A stretch of DNA of 64,000 nt from Chrysemys picta bellii (lineage: Eukaryota): assembly GCF_011386835.1 (NCBI RefSeq), contig NC_088797.1, positions 90,830,001 through 90,894,000 on the forward strand, written 5' to 3'. The number at the start of each line of letters is the position of its first letter. Position 1 is the stretch's first letter. The notes below the pieces were generated by a model. It searched no databases. It saw only the letters and a program-made list of their open reading frames with translations, and had not been told where the DNA came from. The position numbers and the translations under genes are program-made. Positions 1 to 10,681 of this stretch are shown piece after piece.

Positions 1-2092
1 TGTGAGTTGTTTCTGCCACTGTGATTGATAGTTTTTTGCTATTAAAGGTTGGGTGGAAGTTACAAAGTAACAGGTGAAAATCACCCTGCTGAAGAAGGTC
101 AGCACATGTGCCACATGTAAATCCCACTTAAATTGTGTGTTGGTTCAATTATATATACATAATCCAAGAGAAAAAATGTTAAACTGGTAAAGAGTAGATA
201 CCAGAAATTGAAAAGAAATCCTAATATGTTAGTGTATGGGAATTTACTGTTAGGACACCCAAATAAACTTAACTCTGACCTCTAGTGACCTCATGCAATA
301 ACCATATGTTTAGGATTTGTTTGCATTCCTGGATGACATTAAACTTGTTTTTGTTTTTAAACACAAATTGGACTCCCCACCACACCCCATAATGTCACTG
401 TTGGGTAGAGTTAGGGTTGTACTGCTGCAGGTAGATTTTGAAAAGAGATAATTAATGTCAATTTATTGCCATTATTCTTCATAATTGACAGTTTAAGTAT
501 CAATAGAGGCTGAAGGGAAGTGTCCTACTTCATAGAATTCTATTAAAAAAAAATTGAAGTGTTTCAAAATGGCTATCACTTGTGAGCGAACCCTAGCTTC
601 CTTCAGGGATGTTGTTGGCCCACTAGTCTGTCAAAAGATGGAATACTGTAAGGAACAGGGAAATAGAGGCTATAGCCATGTTTGTTAAGCCTCTTGTCTC
701 AGGCCCACTGAGAACAAAAGGAGTTGTTAGCCATTTGGGACAGTTCTTTTTGGAATTTTCTGAAGTAGAATATCAGTCTTCAGTCTCTGATGAAGAGCAA
801 AAAAAAAACCAGTTATGAAGAATAGTAACAAAAAAATCCTAAAATATTTTGATAATTTTTGAGTCTTTTTCATTACAATGATAATTTGGGGCTTTAAAAA
901 AAAGTGTAGTTCTTCAAATACTTATCCATATCCTTTCCACTCTCAGCACATGTGTGCCCAATGCTCTTGAGTTTGGATTCTTTTGGCCAGTGTGGACTTA
1001 TTCAGTACTGAAATGCTATATAACATCAAAGGACCTACTAGTGTCTTTGGTATAGGACAAGAGTCACTGCTATTGGGAGTAGGTAAGGTATCTCCTCCTG
1101 TACTGACTGCTGTTCTGACAGTGATACAGAGTACATGAGTGATTCTGATCAAAGTGCAGTCAAGGGCTCTCCCAGCACAGCATCTAGAACCTCTTTAGGA
1201 AGTCTGTCCACTTTCATCCTCACACTCTGAGGGCAGTGGCGAAGTTTCATAGGTGTATTCTGTGGGGTCCAAGTATTCAGTATACACCTGAGAGGGAGTC
1301 GAGGGCTGAGTTTTATTACCCTAGTCATGGAAGTTTAAAAAGGAATTGTACTCCTTGCTATCCCCATCCGCCTTGGCCATCTCTCCCTTATGCATACCAA
1401 CAAGCTTGATTTCACCAGTCTCCATTGGGCTGCATCATGCTAGACAGCCAGTGTATGCATCCCAGGCTAGTGTTAGAACTCCTTCACCACTGCCTCACAA
1501 AAGGGCTTTACAACAGCCTGTGGGGTAGAAAGGGATAACTTAAAATTGTTGGATGCCAAGTAATTGTATTTTTTTAAAAACAAATATTTAGCTTAAAGAA
1601 ACAAGAAATGGTAGACCAACTCTTAATTGCTTCTCTTCTGCTCACTCAAGAATGTGACTTCACTGTTTCAGTCACAGGGTTTCTTTTAGGTATCTTTAGG
1701 AAATCCATGATGAAAACCAAGCAAAATAAACACAATTAACAATGGTTGTTTTATTATTAAAGAAAAGAAAACATTAAACAAAACAACACAAATTACAGAA
1801 CATAGTTGATAAACTAGTTACCTCTTTTACCATCTCTTCTGTATGTGTCTCTGTGGAGAATGTTTAACAGAGCTTACAATGCTCAGAGTGGGCCCAATTA
1901 CGGTGGGATGCTGTTCTCTTGGCAAGTTGAGTCCAAGGGCTTATTTCTTAAAAGTATCATGAATCCAACCTTCATGACTTAAAACTATTTATAGGCAAAA
2001 TAATTGGTTTAAGGGCAGGCGAAACATGTCTAGTTATTAATAATAACCAGCCAGTTTATAATTGGGGAAAGGAAGGAATCTTAACAAAATTC

Positions 2093-2695
2093 TGTGAAAT
2101 CCAAGAAAATATTAGAAGGAACTTATGATGAGGTTTAACCCCTCATCACCTACAAGGGAAAGAACCCAATTAGTCATGATCCAAGGGGGTGGAATTAATT
2201 AATTGCTTCTGGGCCAGAGGAGGCAGAGCTAGGCATTACAAGTAGGCTGATGGAGCTCAGTTGGGAAGAGACTGTAGAGGAAACATGTCTCTCTGGTGGA
2301 GAGAAGCCCTGTGGTAGGGTTTAACAGACAGGAGACAGAAGAAGAACACTACTGGAGTAGGTTAGGCTGCTGCAGGGGAAGCCTGGAGATAGAGCCAACA
2401 AGGTAACTACAGTGGAGCATGAGAGAGGTAGAAATGCTATTAGGTTGAAGATTTTTTTTGGACTTTTATTTGGACTTGTTCATGCTACTCTGGAAGGGAT
2501 TTAGATTTCTGTGTGACTTGGCTAGAGGGCTAAGCCACAGATCACCCAAAGTGGGAAACAGGAGAAGATGCAGGCTGGGAGAGGCCATTGCATATCCAAG
2601 TGAGAGTCTGGTATCTGGGCGTCTGAGGCAAGAACCCTGTGCAATGCTGCAATAAGAGATCAGGGGGTGCCCATAGAGTGAGGATGTGCTACTGC
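2093..2695 (+). mobile_element. Degenerate Gypsy-type LTR fragment
   Basis: Contains GTGACTTGGCTAGAGGGCTAAGCCAC and CAGGGGGTGCCC. A related first motif occurs inverted near 63165-63200, and the second is related to motifs near 63130 (inverted) and 59581. Boundaries are approximate and no TSD was found. Confidence 0.45.
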
Positions 2696-3744
2696 AAAGC
2701 CATATAAGGAACTGTCTTGAGACAGGCTAATTACACATTTGAAGGATCTAAAATACAATTAAATCCCACTGTTTAATAATTAACAGTAAACAGACAAAGT
2801 TACAACAGCATTTCCATGTCCCAATAAAATCATTACAGGAGTTTTAAATTTAAATCTTTGGTGGTGTCCCAGTTACCTTTCTTTCACCAATCTATGTTGA
2901 AGTCTTGAGGAGGCTTTCTTTATATTGGTTTCTTATTGAGTCTTCTCTATTTGGGATGGGATGGGGATGTGGGAGATGACCCACAGAAAACTAGTGACCT
3001 AATAACTTACCTCTAATTAAGAATATGGTAAAAATTTATATTCTGAAGTAAGACTCTTTTGCTTAACTTTATCTGATACATCTGGAAATTAAATATTCCC
3101 AGGTAAGTATTCCAAGTAATTCATATTCGCTACTGCTTTTGCTGAAAAGAAAAAAATCTAATGAATTGTAATATTACCCTGCTAGATCAATTTACAAGAG
3201 GTTCTTATTCTGTGCTTATCACCCTAGTGTGTGAACTTCTTCCAGTAGTGAAACAATGTGACTAGCATCTCTCACATGTTTAGTCTCTCATCTTCTCCCC
3301 TGAGGGAGAGGATGTGTTCAGGGAGTGTTTTGTTTTGGAATTTTACTCCAAGTAATATTTTGAAACAACACAGTCTTCTATTTGAATAGAAGACTATTTC
3401 TAATTGTGTAGATCAATGTTAATTTGCTCTTTCTTATCTTTATCATAAACCATCTGCTTTAAGTACAAGATACATTTCTCTGATTTTGCTTTCTCTAATG
3501 TCAGAATATAACACATTATGTATTATATACATATGTTGCTATACTGACATTAGGGAAAACAAAATCAGAAAAATGTATCTTGTAGTTAAAGCAGATGGTT
3601 TATATTTGCTGGTATTCTTTAGCCATATAGTTTCTAAGCTCTTTGAATGCCTCTTTGAATGTTGTGTGTAGCTCTCTTTTCCTTCTCTCTCTTCTGTCAG
3701 TATCTCTTTATTTATTTTAAAAAATTCCTTTGCAATTAGAGCTT

Positions 3745-3763
3745 TGTGTGTGTGTGTGTGTGT
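3745..3763. repeat. (TG)n microsatellite
   Basis: Read directly from the sequence. Confidence 0.95.
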
Positions 3764-4027
3764 AAGTGTAATATTTAGGCCTAAATTTTCAGAGTGCATT
3801 TTAACAAAATAGCAGCAGTGTTCCATAAAGAAACATTTGTTTTCCAGTAATGAAAATGTCATGCATAGTGCAGCTCAGAATAGGAGCTGAGCTGCACAAG
3901 TATTGAATTCACTGCTCTTGATTGCACACGCTCACACCTTTTGTCTGGTTTTCACCAGTTTGAAGAACTATTTTGCAGCATTGTTTATTAGCAGCGTTTA
4001 TTCACCCTTCATTTGTTTCTGTAATAG

Positions 4028-4042
4028 AAGTAATGGTAGCAG
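4028..4042 (+). CDS. Candidate 15-nt microexon (host gene unknown)
   Basis: ttcacccttcatttgtttctgtaatAG|AAGTAATGGTAGCAG|GTaaat. Length is a multiple of 3; open in phase 1 (EVMVA) or phase 2 (SNGS). Flanks are unique sequence. Confidence 0.3.
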
Positions 4043-4158
4043 GTAAATTATGTTTTAAAATTATGCTTAAACCAAATTGTTGTTTAACTCAGAATATGAA
4101 GTTTTTCTCCAAATCTTAAGTTTCTCACTGTTAAATTGTACACTTGCTGTAACTTTGC

Positions 4159-4365
4159 TGTGGTGTAATGGATGGAGCAATGGTCTGGGACTCAGGAAAC
4201 CTGGGTTATATTCTCAGTTCTGTCACTGGCTTGCTGAGTGACTTTAGGTAAGTCACTTCTCTGTGCCTGAGTTTCCCCATTGTATAATGGGACAATGATG
4301 CTTCTTTGTAAAGAGCTTTCAGATCTACTGATGAAAAGCACTGTGTAAGAGCTAGGTACTACTAT
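4159..4365 (+). mobile_element. MIR-like CORE-SINE
   Basis: tRNA-like head (TGGTGTAATGG...GGTTATATTCTC), CORE GTGACTTTAGGTAAGTCACTTCTCTGTGCCTGAGTTTCCCCATTGTATAATGGG, and an L2-like tail. Confidence 0.8.
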
Positions 4366-4649
4366 TGCTCCTAAAATAACCCGTGGATAGCTCTGTGAGC
4401 TCTGTGCTTGAAGGGAGACTAGAATATTGGAGTTGAAATCTACCATGTAGATCTGAATAGAGAAATTTTCCATATTGGCCATAGATATGAAAAAACAAAA
4501 TAACATTGTAATTCAGTCTGGTAAGAATAGAAGGCTCTATTGTTTCAGAGTATTACTTGGAGTGTAAAATACTTTGAGAGAATACATTTTACTATGACAT
4601 TTAAAAAGAGCAAATTTGGGGCCATTGTAACAATTGTCATTTTAAATCA

Positions 4650-4810
4650 CTGTAATAATGATCTAATGCACCCAAGACCTCTGTAGTGGTAACTTCTTTT
4701 TTATACAAGGGGAAGCTGAGACAGAGAAGTGACTTTCTGATGGCACATAGCAAGTCAATGACAGACCTGGGATCAGAATTTAGGACCTTCTGACTCTCTG
4801 TGCTGGCTCA
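4650..4810 (-). mobile_element. MIR-like SINE fragment
   Basis: Reverse CORE motif GGGGAAGCTGAGACAGAGAAGTGACTT...GATCAGAATTTAGG. Confidence 0.6.
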
Positions 4811-4904
4811 TGTTGGTGTCTTAACAAAAAGACTAAGCTTCTGACTGATTTAACTAGATATCTTGACTTGGGGCAAATATTTAAACAAATTAAATGAAAT
4901 ATTT

Positions 4905-5212
4905 AAGAGGTTTGTGAGGCCCATCCTTTTGAGTGGCAGCTCACGGGATGGCAGAGACCCTGGGTATTTTTTGCCTTCCTCTACAGCATGGTGACTTGTT
5001 GGTTTGAACTCAAATAAATGGTGGATTTTCTGTAACTTGAAGATTTTCGATCATGATTTAAGGACTTCAGTAACTCAGCCAGAGGTTTTGGTTTATTACA
5101 CGAGGGGGGTGGAAGGGGGAGGAGTGTGTGTGAGAGATTCTGTGGCCTGCAATGTGTAGGACGTCAGACTAGATGATCATGATAGTCCCTTCTGTCGGTA
5201 AAATCTGAGTCT
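4905..5212 (+). mobile_element. CR1 LINE 3' end fragment
   Basis: Ends in GTCAGACTAGATGATCATGATAGTCCCTTCT, the typical CR1 3' terminal motif. The same tail family occurs inverted at about 24090-24182. Confidence 0.7.
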
Positions 5213-5384
5213 AGAGGTCATGTGGTCAAAAGGTGAGGGAGAGAACAAGGAGGGGAAATTTGGTGAGAAAGGGGAGCAAAGACAATGAAAAAACTTCCAC
5301 AGACAAATCATCAAAGTGGTAACTTCAAATAAAAACTCCTATCACCATGAAACTGCTAAGTTCCACTGTTGTTATGATGACTAA

Positions 5385-5700
5385 GGCTATGTCTACACTA
5401 TGGACCTTACAGTAGCACAGTTGTACCGCTGCAGCTGCACTGCTGTAATGTCTCCTGTGTGGCCGCTCCATGCTAGTGGGAGACAGCTCTCCTGCCGGCA
5501 TAATTAAACTACCCCCAGCAAGTGGCAGGAGCTATGTCGGTGGGAGATACTCTCCTGCAGACATAGCACTGTCCACATGGACGCTTTTGTCAGTGAAACT
5601 TATGTTGGTTGGGGTGTGGTGTGTTTTTGTTTGTTTGTTTGTCTGTTTTTGTTTTTCCCCACACCCCTGACCGACAAAAGTACCAGTGTAGATTAAAGCC
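5385..5700. mobile_element. Non-autonomous PIF/Harbinger-type MITE
   Basis: TIR-like ends GGCTATGTCTACACT...AGTGTAGATTAAAGCC with TAA on the left flank. Same family as 9233-9489. Confidence 0.75.
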
Positions 5701-5707
5701 TTGGTAT

Positions 5708-6282
5708 TGTAGTCAATATGTATAGGTACTTTCTAGGTAAGATATAGGTGTAAGTTAAGGCAGTAATGCAGTGAGCATACAAGCCTCAAGACCTGTAAGA
5801 TAGTATCTTCGCTAATAAATCGAGGCATAAGGACCACAAAAAATGCCTTAGCATAAGTAGCTAAGCAAGAGCAACCCTAGATCTCAAGATAGAATACTGT
5901 AATGACTAAACTGCTGATATGTAAGGTAATATGTGATGCTGATATGTAATGCTAGTTTATATCAACTTGGGATATTTTAAGTTAGGGACATCAGCAGATG
6001 TCTAATGATGGTAACGGTAATGGTAACTAATTGGCATATGGTAATAAGATTGAGGTAAAAGAATTAATAACCTATGGAAGACGGGAACCCCAATATTAGT
6101 AGGGTGAGGAACTACAAATTAAGAAGAGGCTGAAACACCTACTGAATATGCCTTAGGCATAGTGGCATCAGTATAACACATTATAAAAGCTGTACTCCAG
6201 CCTGTGTGCCTTGGGAGGTGCCAGGATGACGACCACTGGTGATGAGGAAAATAATAACTAACATTCTAGGCTGTTCTGCAAG

Positions 6283-6336
<54 letters not shown>

Positions 6337-6605
6337 GATAGATAGATATAGATAGATATATAGATTAGATAGATACAAGTTCTGTACTATCTCTGTGTAC
6401 CTTGCTGGGCTAGCGTGGGATAAGACCCTGTCAGACCTCAGAGGGTTAACTGGGAATTCTTATGCAATCAGTATAATTAATATGTAATCAATAAATCAGG
6501 CAACAGTGTAGAATCTTGCATTAAACTAGTAAGTAGTGTAGCTTTTCTCTTTCATCTTCATTGTCTTCAGTTGCATTTGCCTTTGTATTGAAGATGCCAA
6601 TAACA
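5708..6605 (+). mobile_element. Probable solo LTR (ERV-like)
   Basis: TG...CA ends, TATAAAAG at about 6183 and AATAAA at about 6490 in LTR-like order. No matching TSD, so the ends are uncertain. Confidence 0.45.
6287..6376. repeat. Compound (TG)n(TA)n(GATA)n microsatellite
   Basis: Read directly from the sequence. Confidence 0.95.
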
Positions 6606-7184
6606 TTCTTCCCCATCACTGGCATGTACTCTATTCTAAAATTCATCCCATTCAATTTCCAGACAGACATATTTTCTTCTTATTGGTTGTCAATACCACC
6701 ATGGACATTTTTAGCCCAAGCAAGGCAGGTTCCAAAGTTATGGTCTGGCTAGACTCACTAAGGGTATAAAACCATCCAGCAGAGGCAGGCACTAAAAGAA
6801 AGTGTCTGAATTCCATTGAGAAACATACACACACACACAGTCTCCTGGAATCTTGGCAAACAGTTTCAGAGAATGTACTAGTACTTCCTCAGCAACAGGA
6901 AGATCCCTGGAAACAACTCCAAATATTAGAGTTACCTCATGACCTCAATTTTCCTGTAAAATCTAGTCTGCTTGTCAGATACAGGTCTAATGGAGCAGGG
7001 GAATGCTGAGGCACTATTTATGTATAACTTTTAAACACAAGCTAGGAAGAACAAAATCTACTGGTGTTCTTATAGAGACTTCTCTGCTTTGTTGCTGTTA
7101 TATGTATTTAAATATAGGGTTCCATCAGAACCTTTACACTTTAGCACATGCATATAAACACATCCCCCTCTGATCTTCTTTCAG

Positions 7185-7379
7185 AGATCTCTGTCTTCAC
7201 AGAGTGATGATAATATGCAGTGTGTCTCACCTGGATTCTTCAGAACTCGAAAAGAATGGCAGCCTTTCAGTTCTTTTCCAGACACTTCAGAATCGTGTCA
7301 GAAAATGAACAATCTGGGGATCTCCACAGCTGGCAGCAGGATGAATTGTTTATCACAGCTCTGTAACAAAGGAAAGTGA
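7185..7379 (+). CDS. Candidate exon after a strong splice acceptor (host gene unknown)
   Basis: tgatcttctttcAG|. The phase-0 frame is open for 64 codons (RSLSSQSDDNMQCVSPGFFRTRKEWQPFSS...NKGK*), and the phase-2 frame for 40 codons. Non-repetitive sequence with several AATAAA follows. No homology recognised. Confidence 0.25.
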   Translation, partial: RSLSSQSDDNMQCVSPGFFRTRKEWQPFSSFPDTSESCQKMNNLGISTAGSRMNCLSQLCNKGK

Positions 7380-8857
7380 AATCCAAAAGAGTTCTCTGCA
7401 AATCCTTATAGGCCTATAACTGGTGCAACAGGTTTTTTTTTTCCCCATGGATTTGTACTTAACGCAAAAATAAATGCCATGGTCACTAGATCCGTTGCGG
7501 TGCTTATTGACTGCATTTGGTACTGTTTTCTGCTGGAATTCGCAAAGCATCAAATTCTTTGATGATTAAGGTATGTGTGTTTTTTGATTGAAGCTTCAAA
7601 CTCAATCCTGAGTTGTTTCTTGAAGCCTCAGAACAGTTGAACTTGATTTTCTCTTTGAACTGGAACAAATAGCTGAGATGTAATAGTATTATTTTTACCG
7701 TGCTGTTCACAATGTATACTTTAGATATACTGCAATAATAGCTTCAAGTTACTGAGAAGGCTGAAAATGTTGAAGTGGGACTTAGTCACTTGCTTGTTAG
7801 AGATTTGTGTACAGCCATAGATTAATTTCTGAATTGATCACAATAGATACAATGTTGAGAATATTTGAAAGGACTTTAGAAAAACCACAGTCCTTATCTC
7901 TCAGTTTAGTTGGTCATTGATTTTATCAAAACAGAAGAAAAAACCTGCAGATATGAAGGCTGATGTTGTCTAGATAAAAATAAATACCTCACTTTCTCTG
8001 TTGAGAGAACTCGCATCCCATGTACCATACATTTTATCACCAAAGAGAAATACCATAAATAATGACAAGTGTGTTCAGTCAACAAGTTGCCACAAGAATC
8101 TCCAATCTGGTTGAGAAGGCAAGCTAAGAACTGGTGTCTTGTACATTGTGTATGACAATATTGTATAAAATGAATCAGAGGTCTTTTCTAGAACAAGAAA
8201 CTTTCTGCATTGGATATTCAATGTTGTGAATAAAACCAGTCGTGTTCCTGGAACCGGTCTTGTGGTTGATTGAATTGGACTGGATCCAGAAGATCTCCAT
8301 TCTTTCACAAACTTTCTGTGTGACCGTGTGGGAAGGTCACACGGTGAGAGAGACAAGTTCTCTCATACATGGGTCAATGAGACACATATAAACCGGGATA
8401 GCATTTCACACACAAGTGTGGTGAGAATAAATTCATTGTTTGTGGGAAACTCGTATGCTCTGGTGATATGAGACCATAGGAGCACAAAGTCACAGAAACA
8501 AGAAGTCTCTTGATGATTCTTTCAACATTACTTTAATAAATAAATAGGCTTCAATCTAGATACTAGTAAAATTACTGATGCACACCAATCTTGCTCTGAA
8601 GTTTAATGCCAAGAAAGTGATCACCTTTCTCTGTTATCTTCCAGAAGCATTTTCAGTCTTGTTGAAAATTTACAAATTTATTATGATCTTCCTGTTATGA
8701 ATGCATCTGATGAGAGGCTCTTTTTAGTGTTAGCAAAGGAAGAGATATACATGTGTGAGTACTGTGGGTAATGAGAGCCTGAAAACTTTTAATAATTGTT
8801 AGCAAAAAGAAAATTCCTAACACAATAAAGGCTGATTTTTTTTATTTTAATTATTAT

Positions 8858-9770
8858 TGTGACCATAGGCACCCCTATGTTCACACCCTACAAACCACTA
8901 CAATTATATTTATACAAAATATGCCTTGAGGTATGTAAAAGCTAATATGCTGATTATTAACAACATATATTTTACAATGATATCTTGTATGTGAAGTTAT
9001 GAATTTCCACTGTATGATGTTACTAGAACATGTTTAAGACAACATAGTCTAGCCTAAGTAAAGTGGATAAACAGGTCTGTCATAGTCCAAGGGATGTAGG
9101 TTGACCTCAATTTAGATATCAGCAGTAAACAAAGCTATTGAACTAAACCAGCAGGGGTTATCCTATTCCTGAACTTGAGAGACAGAGAATTAACATGGCT
9201 CCCCAGTATCCTCAGGAAGCCTTCCTGACTTAGGCCGTGTCTACATATGCTGTGCTGTAACAATACAGCTGTGCTGCTGCAGCCCGTCTCTTGAAGATGC
9301 TCTACGTAGACAGGAGAGAGCTCTCCTGTTGGCTTAAAGAAACCACCCCCATGAACGGCATATGTTGGCGTGAAAGCTCTGCACACTAGCACTTATGTTG
9401 GTGTAACTTATGTCACTCATGGGAGTGGAATATTCACACCCTTGAGTGACCTAAGTTTTGCTGACATAGTCGGTAGTGTAGACGTAGCATTAGACAAAAG
9501 GAACCCATTGGGGATGTAAGGAACAGTGACCAGACTCCACCTTTATCCTTCACCTTAGGAGACAAATCAAATGATTTGATCTCTGTGATGGGTCCTGGCC
9601 AGTAAAAAGCTAGAAAGGAGACTGGGGGTAAAAGAAACCATCTTGAACCAAGACTGTTTCAAAGACTCTGTTTACTATTTGTATGTCAATTGAGGCAAAA
9701 ACATATTAATTTGCTTAGGTTGGAGCTGTTTAACAACTTTTGCGTAATCAGGGCTGTGTGATTTGACCAT
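8858..9770 (+). mobile_element. LTR-like element interrupted by a Harbinger MITE
   Basis: Starts TGTGACC and contains TACAAAATATGCCTTGAGGTAT, which I recall from reptile LTR families. The right end is unclear. Confidence 0.45.
9233..9489. mobile_element. Non-autonomous PIF/Harbinger-type MITE
   Basis: TIRs GGCCGTGTCTACA...TGTAGACGTAGCA with a TTA TSD on both sides. Confidence 0.8.
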
Positions 9771-10448
9771 GTGCTAATAACATCATACTGGGGTAGTTCA
9801 TAAGTTTATGAATCCTGTTGCTACATACATTTCATCATGATATTGAACAGCAAGTTATTAATTTTCAAATGATACCTCATAAGGCATATTTTGTACAAAG
9901 ATTATTACAGAGGAGTAGAAATACATGAGTGCTTTCAGTCACAGAAGAAAACTTAATATAGTCACTCTTTATCTACAGGTGGGAGCTGTGAACATCCCAG
10001 AAAAATCTCAGAGGTGCTCAGGGGTTGGAGTTCACTGATTATTATCTGCTATATGAGGTTTGGGCTGGGAGCCTTGAAGAATTTGTTGGTGTAGAAGACA
10101 GACTTGTGTGGCAGGGAGCTGGCACACAGTCTAATTGCCAGCAAAACTCAGTCTTGCTGATGCAGAGGCATAACACAGTGGCTCACACCTCTGGGTATCC
10201 CCAGCAGTGTAATACAATTATAAACACAAAGCAACAAGGCATCTCTTCCTACTTTAGACACATTGTTAAAAAATGGCTTACTGATGAAGGATTTTTTTTG
10301 CCCTATTTTTATTTAAAGGAAAACTATGGTTTGTAAATATGTAACACATAAATGGATAAAAAAGTTTTATAGTTTGTGAGACTAAAATAAACAAAACCTG
10401 TAATTTGCACTAACTCCTTGCATTTATCAAATGACAATTAGTCTATAC

Positions 10449-10681
10449 ATGTGCGGTGTTGTAGCTGTGTTGGTTCCAGGCTATTAGAGAGACCAGGTGG
10501 GTGAGGTAATATCTGCTATTGGACCAACTTCTGTTGGTGAGAGAGACAAGAGTTTGAGCTTACATTGAGTCATTCTTCACTGAGACCTGAAGAAGTGTTC
10601 TGTGTAAGCATGAAAATTTGTCTCGCTCACTAACAGAAGCTGGTCCAATAACAGATATTACCTCACCCACCTTGTCTCCAT
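10449..10681 (-). mobile_element. Short non-autonomous Penelope-type hairpin-plus-tail element
   Basis: Inverted arms of about 60 bp (10487-10550 vs 10618-10678), an unpaired tail on the left, and an 11-bp TSD TTAGTCTATAC (10438-10448) / TTAGTCTGTAC (10682-10692). Confidence 0.75.
10582..10624 (+). ncRNA. Minimal type I hammerhead ribozyme-like motif
   Basis: GAGAC-CTGAAGA-A-GTGTT..AAGCAT-GAAA-ATT-T-GTCTC. Helix I is 5 bp, both core boxes are intact, helix II is 5 bp including G-U pairs, and helix III is the palindrome AATT. Confidence 0.55.

Noticed and set aside
3085-3108. CAG|GTAAGT as a recursive splice site
   Set aside because: The upstream pyrimidine tract is weak (AAATTAAATATTCCCAG), the motif is expected by chance in 64 kb, and no supporting context was seen.
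8700-8745. GCATCTGATGAG as another hammerhead core
   Set aside because: No stem II followed by GAAA and no matching helix I 3' strand. The same applies to other isolated CTGATGA hits (e.g. about 23868, 29616, 39484).
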